Origin: Vairimorpha necatrix
Taxonomy: Eukaryota
Assembly: GCA_036630325.1 (NCBI GenBank)
Contig: CP142731.1
Coordinates: forward strand, 744,001 to 808,000
Length of the DNA: 64,000 bases
Direction of reading: 5' to 3'
The notes below the pieces were generated by a model, which saw only the letters and a program-made list of their open reading frames with translations, ran no database searches and had not been told where the DNA came from. The position numbers and the translations under genes were made by a program. Of the stretch, positions 37,342 through 47,800 are shown piece by piece (the stretch's first letter is position 1; every line of letters begins with the position of its first letter).

Positions 37342-40300
37342 TGTGGTATTATAAATACCACAAATTATTTCTTTTTATTTTATCAATTTTCCCTTTTTGG
37401 AAAATAGACCATTCGACCGGTCTATTCCAAAAATCAAATATTTATTTCCTTTTTGCCCTGACCCCCACACAAAATTATGAGACAAGACAAAGATCAATAC
37501 CCTTGGAATCCACGACCAAGGAAGGGCCTCAGAGCCAGGGACCAGTATCCCATTACGGATGCCCAACGAGGCTTTAATCAATTAAATAAAACATATAATT
37601 TAATAGAACTATATTTGTCCAGAGGTAGCTCCTCTGGATTGCGTCATTTTGAATTCAAAGACGAATTAAATAGTAAGTACGAAGATAGAAATTCCATGTT
37701 CGAATACAGAGAATTCGACATGAAGATCACTGGAACAGATGTGATAAGTAAAGAAAAAATAAAAATTATTAAAAAACCATCAGAAATTTCAATGGTGGAG
37801 CTACAGAAATTTGAGAATCTAGCAGAGGCCAATGGCTGGAATGATGAGCAGATGGGAAGAATATATGGGACCATGTTAGTTGGCGATCACTTTTTAAACG
37901 CCAAGTATAGTAAATCATACTTAAAATTAAGAGCGGCATTACTAGAAATTGCCTATCCTAGAAACATGAGATTTAGAATTGCACAGGAGCTCGAAGATGT
38001 TAGGCAGTGCAACCACATATATCTGGAAGATTATGTGAAGAATATTTCCCAAAAGTTAGATGCCTACAGTTTCTCAAATAATTTAACTAAGCAAGAAGCT
38101 GAGAGAAAATTTTCAGAAGTATTTTTTAGAGGACTAGGTAAACAAACTGAGATGGAACTTTGCAAAAATGAGGTTAATACGCGGACCACTTCAGACGTTA
38201 TTGCTTATCTAAAGACTTTAGAATCAACTATTATTTCTCAAATAGGAAGACGAAACGAGAATGGATATGTACCTAATGAAACAAGCAAAATTTGCAATTC
38301 AAGAAATCCTTATTGTAGTGTGCACAAGAGCTTTTCGCACAATACAAGAGATTGTAGACTTCGGAACAATCTCAAAGATACTAAAGATAAAACGATACAT
38401 TTTGAAGAAAAAACAAAAAGAAATAATATGGTTATTCAGCTAGGAACAACAAATAATCAGAAAGAAGTAAAAATAGTAGGAATATTAGACTCAAATAATT
38501 ACTTATTGTTAATCGATACAGGTTCACACTTGAATTTTGTGAGTGAACAAGTGGTCTACATGAATGATCATATAGCTGAACCGTGTCAGCCCTTCACTAC
38601 TATATTTGGAAATGGAGATGAAAGAATGATTAACACTAAAGCTAGAATACGAATAAGGTTGTCTCCAATTATTATCATGGATATTGAATTCTATATTATT
38701 AAAAATTGCCCAGTCGATTTACTACTAGGATCTGAATGGCTTAGGAAGAATAAAGCTACAATTGATTTTGCTAACCAATCACTTGTTATTAACAATGAAG
38801 AAATTCCCTTTATGGACGCGATACCAAACACGGATGAGATGTTAAATGAACGATTAAACAATTTACTTTATGTGTCTCCTTCGAAGGAAATTTATATTTC
38901 ACACCTTGAAAATTATAAGAAACTAAATGATAAATTTTACTCTATGAAAATGGATGAAGCTCGATTTACGGTTATAAAGAAGTTGAATATCACGCGACAT
39001 AAATTCTACAATATAGCTTTCAAATATTATGAAAGAGCAAGAAAGGAGGTTAAAAGATTACTTGATGAAGATATTATAGAGAAGTCTAGAGCAACTTTCG
39101 CAAGCCCAGGATATTTTATCGAAAAGAAAACTGGTGAATTAAGACTGGTCATAAATTTTAAAGAGATAAATGATCACATCGAAGATGACATCTTTTCAAT
39201 ACCAAAAATAGATGACTGTATACTAAGGATGGGAAGAAATAAGTACTTTTCTCAAATAGATTTAAAGAACGGATTCAACCAGATTAAAATCCAGCAAGAA
39301 AGCAGAGACTTGACATCATTTATGATTATGGGAGCCCAATACCGATACAAACGTATACCCTTTGGCATTAAACCGGGTCCAAAAATTTTCCAAAGATACA
39401 TCACTGAAATATTACACGAAGTGGATAACTGCTTCGTGTACATAGATGATATTGTATTATTCTCAGAAACCAAGGAAGATCACAACAAATTAATAGTAAA
39501 TGTTTTGAACAAACTCAAAGAGAAAAATGTAAAAATAAACTTTGAAAAAAGTAACTTTATGAAAGATGAAATCACGGTACTAGGAAATACAATAAATGCT
39601 GATGGTGTGTTTCCAGCGAACAAATTGATTCCTAAAGAAATATTAGAGAGAAGACTAAAAACTAAAAGAGATGTCCAAAAACTATTAGGGACGATTGGAT
39701 GGTATAGAAAATTCCTACCAAATTTGTCTACAAAATTACTCCCATTGACAAACATGCTGCAGCAAGGAGCAAAAATAGAATCGACTCAGCATGTTAAGAA
39801 CATTATTAAGGACATAAGCGAATTTATTAAAAATAGAGCGAGATTAATCTGCCCAGATTACACAAAGTCATTCACCTTAGAATGTGATGCTTCTGATATG
39901 GGGATAGGTAGTGTACTTTACCAAGAGGATGGTCCAATTGGATATTTTAGTAAAAAATTTGGAAAGGTTGAACTAAATTATAGTATTGTAGAAAAGGAAT
40001 ATCTTGGAATCCTTTTATCACTCATACACTTTAAAGGCATCTTGCAAGGAAATTTTGTAGAAGTCAGAACAGACAGTAAAAATTGCTTAAACAACGTGAA
40101 ACTAGAAACCTCAAGAATGTGTCGTTGGAAGTTAATCATTAATGAATTTAACCATAAATTAATACACATAGAAGGTAAAGAAAATGTAATTGCAGATAGT
40201 TTATCGAGATGCTTCACAATTATCAAAAACAATGAAGATGGATACATAAAAATGGTCAAAGATGCAATGATAAAGGACAAAAATCAAAGGATAAAAATGA

Positions 40301-41557
40301 ATAAAGACGGAAAAATTTTTATGAAACCAAACAAAGTAAAACACTGGTTATATAAAATACATCATGAACAAGGCCATAGAGGAATAACAACAATGTATAA
40401 TAATCTAAAGAATTTTTTTTATGTTCCACATCTATTCCATAGGATCAAACAAATAGTAAATGATTGTCGAAAATGCAAAACTTACAAAGTAACTTATGTC
40501 AAAAGAGAGGTAGGAGCCCATATGTCAGCTGAAAACAATCTTGAAAGAATTAGCTCGGACATATATGGTCCATTTAATTTAGAGAAATTTAAGAACGCGG
40601 GTAAGCATAATAAAGGATTTATTATTACAGTAACAGACATAAAGACACGATACACGAAACTATATTTAGCATATAAAATAAGAGGAGAAGAGATTATAAG
40701 CGCAATCAGCAATTGGACTGAATTAACAAAATCTAAACCTACAATACTAATATCAGATAACGGAAAGCAGTATACAAGCAAACAAGTTGAACAATATTTA
40801 AACGAAGTGGACATAAAGCACTTACGCGTTCCAACATATACCCCAAGTTCAAATGGTATATCAGAGTCAGTAAACCGCACTATAACATTCATACTGTCTA
40901 TAATGAAAGGCGAAAATATAATCACAGCCATTGATATGTGCGAATGGGTGATCAATAATAACTATAATAGATCAATAGGATGTTCCCCCAATGCTGCGTT
41001 AAATGGGAAAGAATACTATGATCCACTAGAAAGAGCAATACAAATGCGTAATATGAAAAAAACATTAACTACTCCCAAATTCAGGCTAGGCGACGAAGTA
41101 TATGTAAGGAATTTGACAGCTACGAAGTTAGACCGGAAGTACTTAAGAAAGAGAAAGGTAACGCAATTAGGATCCAAAGGAAAATGGGTAAAGGTTAATG
41201 GAATCTCTGAGTGGATACATGTCAAGAACATTAAACTTTAGAGGGGGTAGAATGTGGTATTATAAATACCACAAATTATTTCTTTTTATTTTATCAATTT
41301 TCCCTTTTTGGAAAATAGACCATTCGACCGGTCTATTCCAAAAATCAAATATTTATTTCCTTTTTGCCCTGACCCCCACACAAAATTATGAGACAAGACA
41401 AAGATCAATACCCTTGGAATCCACGACCAAGGAAGGGCCTCAGAGCCAGGGACCAGTATCCCATTACGGATGCCCAACGAGGCTTTAATCAATTAAATAA
41501 AACATATAATTTAATAGAACTATATTTGTCCAGAGGTAGCTCCTCTGGATTGCGTCA
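37342..41557 (+). mobile_element. Intact Ty3/gypsy LTR retrotransposon (element 2)
   Basis: Identical 305-bp LTRs 37342-37646 and 41253-41557; TSD TATTT; PPT GAGGGGGTAGAA. Confidence 0.97.
37477..41241 (+). CDS. Gag-Pol polyprotein (Gag with CHHC knuckle, PR, RT, RNase H, IN)
   Basis: CSVHKSFSHNTRDC; LIDTGS; YIDD; ECDASD; HHCC; ISDNG. Confidence 0.96.
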   Translation: MRQDKDQYPWNPRPRKGLRARDQYPITDAQRGFNQLNKTYNLIELYLSRGSSSGLRHFEFKDELNSKYEDRNSMFEYREFDMKITGTDVISKEKIKIIKKPSEISMVELQKFENLAEANGWNDEQMGRIYGTMLVGDHFLNAKYSKSYLKLRAALLEIAYPRNMRFRIAQELEDVRQCNHIYLEDYVKNISQKLDAYSFSNNLTKQEAERKFSEVFFRGLGKQTEMELCKNEVNTRTTSDVIAYLKTLESTIISQIGRRNENGYVPNETSKICNSRNPYCSVHKSFSHNTRDCRLRNNLKDTKDKTIHFEEKTKRNNMVIQLGTTNNQKEVKIVGILDSNNYLLLIDTGSHLNFVSEQVVYMNDHIAEPCQPFTTIFGNGDERMINTKARIRIRLSPIIIMDIEFYIIKNCPVDLLLGSEWLRKNKATIDFANQSLVINNEEIPFMDAIPNTDEMLNERLNNLLYVSPSKEIYISHLENYKKLNDKFYSMKMDEARFTVIKKLNITRHKFYNIAFKYYERARKEVKRLLDEDIIEKSRATFASPGYFIEKKTGELRLVINFKEINDHIEDDIFSIPKIDDCILRMGRNKYFSQIDLKNGFNQIKIQQESRDLTSFMIMGAQYRYKRIPFGIKPGPKIFQRYITEILHEVDNCFVYIDDIVLFSETKEDHNKLIVNVLNKLKEKNVKINFEKSNFMKDEITVLGNTINADGVFPANKLIPKEILERRLKTKRDVQKLLGTIGWYRKFLPNLSTKLLPLTNMLQQGAKIESTQHVKNIIKDISEFIKNRARLICPDYTKSFTLECDASDMGIGSVLYQEDGPIGYFSKKFGKVELNYSIVEKEYLGILLSLIHFKGILQGNFVEVRTDSKNCLNNVKLETSRMCRWKLIINEFNHKLIHIEGKENVIADSLSRCFTIIKNNEDGYIKMVKDAMIKDKNQRIKMNKDGKIFMKPNKVKHWLYKIHHEQGHRGITTMYNNLKNFFYVPHLFHRIKQIVNDCRKCKTYKVTYVKREVGAHMSAENNLERISSDIYGPFNLEKFKNAGKHNKGFIITVTDIKTRYTKLYLAYKIRGEEIISAISNWTELTKSKPTILISDNGKQYTSKQVEQYLNEVDIKHLRVPTYTPSSNGISESVNRTITFILSIMKGENIITAIDMCEWVINNNYNRSIGCSPNAALNGKEYYDPLERAIQMRNMKKTLTTPKFRLGDEVYVRNLTATKLDRKYLRKRKVTQLGSKGKWVKVNGISEWIHVKNIKL

Positions 41558-42262
41558 TATTTATTAGTAAATATTTAAAAAACGACGTGTCTTTTGTTTA
41601 AAGATTGACATCGCCGGATTTGACATGTGTTCCATTTTCTGCAGATATAAATCTATTTTTACTCAGTGTCATATTTTAGGAGACGCCTATCTTATATGTA
41701 TTCGCACAAAATATTACATAATCTCATTTCTCTCAATAAAAAGACATTGCTTTCAAAAACCAATATATTTAGTGGTTCTTAATTTTATGTAATCGTTCCT
41801 TTATTTTTTAGACTTATCATGAGATTTGTGCTAGTTTTAAATTTTTATTTATTAATCAAGTAAATTGATTAAATTTTTTTATAAGTACACAAATTTTAAG
41901 TATTATGATACTTTCTTGTTTGTTATTGGATAATATTTGACAATTAAAAGTTTTTATATTAGTTTATGACTCCATTTTATTAAATTTTTTCTCTGACCAT
42001 TCTATTATTTTCAACAAAGATATCGTATTTCTACAAGCAATTATAAAAAATGTGGTTCTGTTGCTGCTATATTCTTTGTTAATTCTAGTTATTAGTGTTT
42101 TAATTTATTTAACCGACAAATAAAGTACATCTTATTTTCATATAAGTCCAATGATTTATGACAGCCAGTTATAAAAAGATGTTTTAATTGAGTTTTTTAT
42201 CTTTTTAAATATGAATAGAATATTTATTTTGTCGGTATTTACTAAATATTTTCTACCCTTTT

Positions 42263-42829
42263 ATGATAATTTTTAAATTCTTTTTATCTACTTTCCAATC
42301 TACTTCTTTGTCATCCACTTTTGATCTTGATGCACCATCATACATAGAAGACTACTTAAAATCAGGCATCCACGATAGACATCTTCTTGTAAGTTATGAC
42401 CATATACTCAGAATAACCTATTACCATCTAAAATGGCTATCTTATGTCAATAAAATAGACATAAGATATTATTTAATGTCATACGACGAAATAAGTAAAA
42501 ATTTTATACAATATAAGGATCTCAAACAGATATTTTTTCAAAGTAATGTCACGTCAGAATACAAAAAGTTTTTTATGGATGTTTACCAAAGGCTGCAGTT
42601 GAGGAACGTGTGTTTGGCGTATCTAGAGGGATTTATCAACAAGTTCAAGAACGTGGAGATTCGTGCACGTAAAGATAACAATGCCAACGATATATCGAAT
42701 AACAACGGAAATAAAAAAATATGTGAAGAAATTAAAAGAATTAATGATCTTTTAGAGATATACTGTAGGTTTATATACAAAGTAAGATCTATATATTTCT
42801 ATTTTAAAGAGGATATTACAAAGCAATAA
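42263..42829 (+). CDS. 188-aa putative secreted protein; paralog of 34435..35001
   Basis: CCCTTTT-ATG; same length as paralog, high identity. Confidence 0.85.
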   Translation: MIIFKFFLSTFQSTSLSSTFDLDAPSYIEDYLKSGIHDRHLLVSYDHILRITYYHLKWLSYVNKIDIRYYLMSYDEISKNFIQYKDLKQIFFQSNVTSEYKKFFMDVYQRLQLRNVCLAYLEGFINKFKNVEIRARKDNNANDISNNNGNKKICEEIKRINDLLEIYCRFIYKVRSIYFYFKEDITKQ

Positions 42830-43786
42830 AAAAGGTTATTTAATTATTTAAATCGCATTTAATATATCGGAACCAATTTATTTTTATAAACTAGAAAAAA
42901 TTAGATTCATATGAAAATGTGTAAAAAAACATTTTGTTTAAATTTTATTGTATATTAAAACATATTAATCTAAATTTTTAAGTACTTTCACGCCGCAAGA
43001 AATTTATACTTGTTCATCGTGATATTTGCTTTTTAACAACACAGTATTTGATGTTTACAAGCTAATATAATCAGTGAAGATACACTTGTAATGATTTTAT
43101 CGTATATATATTCTATATCTTTGCTTCAGATGCTATACTATAACTTACAGGACTATCAATTTGTAAACAGACATAATTAATTTTATATTTAATGGCGTAT
43201 ATAGCAGAACCGTGTGATTTAGCTATCTTAATGTTGTTTCTTAGTATGTATAATAAATTTAAAATTAATTTATAACAAAACTAATTAATTAGAAAGCAAA
43301 TCTGTCTAAAAAGTAATTTGAAAAATGTAGAAATGTTCGGTAACACAGTAATTTTACAAAAGCTGTTTAGTTTCCTACAGTTGTAAAGAAGATTCCAAAA
43401 ACATGTATCATGTCAATATAAAATCCCTTTGTTTTAGATTATACTGTTTGTATTTTTAAAAAACCAAAATTGATTTTTTTGTTTATTTATGTTGTTCAAT
43501 TATACTTTTACCCCCGGGGATAAGATAATTTTCCAATTTAATTTTTAATTAAAAATACAGTTCAACGACATTAACTGAAAAATAAATTTAACACAATGGG
43601 CTGTAAAGATATTTTATATATTTTTTTAGTAATTATAAAATATTATTTTAAATCTTAATTTTACAATTTAATTAAATTTTTATCCTGCAACTTAGAACAA
43701 TTATATAAAATTTACTTGTCAATTTATAATCCAAGAAGATTCTATCAAATATTTTCTAATGATATTTGTTTTTATTCCCCCTTAAA

Positions 43787-44218
43787 ATGCAAAGTGCCGA
43801 ACGTCTTTTAACTGAACAAAAAAATTTAAGAAAAAACAGGAAATATTTATTCTACGCCATTCCTACGCCTTCTAAGTCTAAACACACAGTCTGGGAATGC
43901 GGCTTCCCTGGCCCAGACACAGATATTTATAAAGATTCATATTTCACTGTCCATTTAATTTTTGATACTAAATATCCTATAAACCCGCCCTCTGTTAAAT
44001 TTATAGATCCCGTGTATCATCCTAATGTTTACACAGGTGGAAATGTGTGTCTTGATATAATTTCATCAAGATGGAAACCCTCTATGAATGTTATGAGTGT
44101 GTTAAACGGGCTGCAACATCTTTTAGAAAATCCCAATATAAAAAGTCCTGCTAATGTGCCAGCGGGACAATTGTTTAGGAAGGATAGAAGTAAATATGAA
44201 TATCTTAGTGAGAGATAA
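43787..44218 (+). CDS. UBC9: SUMO-conjugating E2, Ubc9-like (may extend to 44261 through a +1 shift)
   Basis: CCCCCTTAAA-ATG at 43787; WECGFPG, YHPNVYTGGNVCLDII, WKP and PNIKSPA. Confidence 0.85.
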   Translation: MQSAERLLTEQKNLRKNRKYLFYAIPTPSKSKHTVWECGFPGPDTDIYKDSYFTVHLIFDTKYPINPPSVKFIDPVYHPNVYTGGNVCLDIISSRWKPSMNVMSVLNGLQHLLENPNIKSPANVPAGQLFRKDRSKYEYLSER

Positions 44219-44288
44219 TATACGAATGTATCATTATAAACCAAAATTCAGAAAAATGTAAAAAAAAAATAAAATTTTTACCCTCAAA

Positions 44289-44813
44289 ATGTTAAAAAAA
44301 TATGAAGAGAATAATAATGAAAATAAAAACAAAGATCTAAAAACTACTGATGAAAATAATGATGACGACTCATTAGATATGATTCTTAATCCACATGTTT
44401 ACGCTTTAGACGACACTCTAAAATCAATTCATAGTTCGTCGTCTACAGACGAAAAAAATCAACTCATCGACGAATTAACTGTAATTTTTACTAAAGACGA
44501 CATTTTATTTAATAGAAAAATCCAAGCAAGATTTCCTGATATTCTAAATCTTTTAAAAAATCCCGATTTATACAATAATTCGTGTATTTTGATAAGTGAC
44601 ATGGTACGTCATAAGCCAATTATACAAGAAATTTTTTTTCTTTTAAAAATTTTTGATTTTTTAAATTTTGAAAAATATAAAAATACGATGTCTTTGGTTT
44701 TTAGTATGTGTTATGGGAATAAAAAACTTACAGAATATTATTTTACAGAGATTTTTAAAGAAGAAAGAGATAATGAAAATGAATTAGTAAAAATTTTAAA
44801 AGAGCAAAAATAA
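44289..44813 (+). CDS. Hypothetical helical protein, possibly Fes1/armadillo-like (weak)
   Basis: CCCTCAAA-ATG; 174-aa ORF; AATAAA downstream. Confidence 0.7.
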   Translation: MLKKYEENNNENKNKDLKTTDENNDDDSLDMILNPHVYALDDTLKSIHSSSSTDEKNQLIDELTVIFTKDDILFNRKIQARFPDILNLLKNPDLYNNSCILISDMVRHKPIIQEIFFLLKIFDFLNFEKYKNTMSLVFSMCYGNKKLTEYYFTEIFKEERDNENELVKILKEQK

Positions 44814-44854
44814 ATATTATACAATATAATATCCAATAAAAGTAATATTATTTA

Positions 44855-47800
44855 TGTAGGAAGTGCTACACGTGTCAAATATATAGTGTACTTGTTTTGA
44901 AATATTTGACACCGTGTTTCTTTAAATAATTTAAAATAAATAAACCCATGTTTTTATCCCAACAATTTGGCGACAACGTCAGGAACTTTCTCATTTTCAG
45001 AAATGAAGAGAAAGATGATCCACAGCAGTTCTTGGAGGACTTGCAGGATGTGGGGAGGCTGATGGAGTACAGTGAGAGTAAACTTGTACTCCTTTTCAGA
45101 ATATCGTTAAAGGATGAGGCGAGGGATTGGCTAATAGCGCAGCCAATTGGTCTTTCACTTGAAAGACTGAAAGCCTTGTTCCAAGAAAGATTTGTGGGTC
45201 CCATGGCGATGAAAGTGAGTCTAGATAAACTTTCCGCCCTTCAATATCATGGTGGATCTCTCGCCAACTATCTAGATAAGATGGCGGGATTGGCGCGTAA
45301 AGGGAATGTTCCAGAAGGCATATTGATTGCCTTTGTACTGAAAGGAATTCCAGATTATTTAGCAAACGCGGTTTTAATAAACAAGAAGAACTCATTATCT
45401 TGGGAGTGCATATATAAGGCCTTAAGGAATGTTACCGCAATGGATGAGGTACGTTATACAGAATTTTTGCATGGAGGTTATATGAATGTCAAAGCGACTA
45501 GCTTCAGGGATCACGATAAAAAGAATTTGACTCCCGAGAGGACTTTTAAAATGAAGTGTTTTATTTGCGGAAAGAAAGACCATATTGTGTCAAAGTGTAA
45601 ATTCAATAGCTTCCGTAGAAATAAAAGAGAAGCTAAGAAAGGTCAAGAGAAAGAAGAAGGAGAAACCAAGAAGACAGATTCAAAGGAATTTATTTACAAT
45701 TACTCCGTTACCAAATTAAAGGATAATAGAACTACGCTAAAGAAAGCGTCATTAAATGATTCAGAAGTCAATTTTAAAGTGCTCATCGATACAGGAGCCG
45801 ATATAAATTTAATTAGGCCAGAGCTTTTGCCAAAGAAAACCGTTGTTAATCGTTCGAAACAACAGCTTAGGGCAGCCAATGGATCGAAAATAAAGATCAT
45901 TGGGGAAACAGTAATCAATATTAAAATTGAAGGGATGATTTTCGAAGATAGATTCATTATTACTAGGGATATCACAATTCCCTGCATAATAGGACAAGGG
46001 TTACTTGATAAGTATAAGATAAATTTAAAATTTGGAAACAACAAAATGGAAATCGAATCTGGATATTTGGCAAGGGGGAAAGCCATAGGGTATCATAAAA
46101 TTATTACAAAGGATGATAACCCGATACTATCTCAGTTATACAAGTTGGGTGGAGCAAAAGAGAATATTGCATCCCAAATAGTGAAAGAGCATCTAAAACT
46201 TGGAATAGTTAGACCAAGTGTAAGCGCATGGCGAAGTCCGATAATTATAGTCCCAAAAAAGAATGGAGATCATAGGTTATGCGTGGATTATAGAAGATTA
46301 AATGATGCGACCATCAGAGACGCTTATCCAATGCCCCGCGTAGAAGAGTTTATCAATGCTTTAGAGGGCGCAACGTATTTTACTAAATTAGACGCTGAAT
46401 CGGGCTATCACCAAATAGATATGGCGCCGTGTGATATTGAGAAGACAGCTTTTGCCTGTAGAGAAGGCTTATTTGAATTTATGAAAATGCCATTTGGACT
46501 TGTTAATGGCCCAGCTACATTTCAGCGGGTGATGAATAACATATTAAGGGAATTTTTATTTAAGTTTGTTGTAGTATACATGGATGATATACTCATATAT
46601 AGTAAAACTAGAGAAGATCATAAGAGAGATGTTCAAATGGTATTAGAAAAGCTCAAGTCGGTAGGGCTTAAACTTAATAAGGATAAATGCGAATTTTTTA
46701 AGACTGAATTAAAAATTTTAGGTCATGTAATATCAAAAGAGGGAATAGGTGTAGACGAAGAAAGAGTTAGGAGCATTCAACAGTTACCCATTCCTAAAAG
46801 TAAGAAGAAATTACAATCTTTGTTGGGACTGTATAATTATTGTGCTAAATTCATAAAAAACAGTCACAGGGTGGTTAGCCCACTATTTGACATAATCAGG
46901 CTCAAGGATGAGGAAGCAGATTGTTTTTGGAAAAATGTGGAACAAAATGCTAAATATCGTAAGGATATTGAAGAGGTAAAACAGGCCATGAAGAGAACGG
47001 CCTTGTTGACTATCCCAAATTTAAGGGATAAGTTCATTTTGACTACAGATGCATCGAACGAGGGATGTGGTGCTACATTGGCACAAATAATTGGAGGGGA
47101 AGAAAAGATTGTTTCTTATTACAGCTACTTACACTCGAAGACAGAAAAGAATTACTCCGCGACGGAACAAGAACTATTGGCGGTTATAAAATCCATCCAA
47201 CACTTCAGAGAATATTTATTATTGGGCAAGTTCACATTAAAAACTGATCATCAAGCTCTGAAATATCTGTTCAAGTCTGGAAATGTTAAAGCCAGGTTGG
47301 CTAGATGGTCGTTGATTTTACAAGAATATGACTTTGATATTGTGTATATAACAGGACCATCGAATCATACAGATCACCTAAGCAGAGAATTTAAAAAGGA
47401 GGAAGAGAAGGTTTATCGAATAAATTTAGTACAAAAGAAAATTATTAAAAAAGAGAGAACATTGGCATTAATGAGGTTTTATCATGATTTATTAGGTCAT
47501 GGATCAAAACAGAACATGAAGTATAATATCGGACAAAAATACTCATGGAAGCATATGAATAGAGACATAGAAGACTATATTGAAAATTGTGAAGTTTGTC
47601 AAAAGGAAAAACCACAGAAAAAATTTAAGGATATTATACCGGTGGTGGCTAATAAATTAGGAGAGATCTGGGAATTGGACATGGTAGGCCCTCTGAAGGA
47701 GAGTGAGCAAGGATATAAGTATTTATTGACAATGATTGACCATTTCTCAAAAATTGCAGAAGTTGTGCCGGTTTATACAAAGGATATGAATACGGTTGTT

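Larger units (their letters stand above)
36170..43670 (+). repeat. Tandem segmental duplication, copy B (interrupted by Merlin-like and gypsy insertions; ends approximate)
   Basis: Colinear similarity to 32220-35860 outside the insertions. Confidence 0.8.

Noticed and set aside
37520-37575. Hammerhead, HDV or hairpin ribozyme in the LTR
   Set aside because: Stems are present but the conserved catalytic cores were not found by eye
37323-37581. Duplicated small ORFs (also 41198-41492)
   Set aside because: Alternative frames of the identical LTRs; not independent genes
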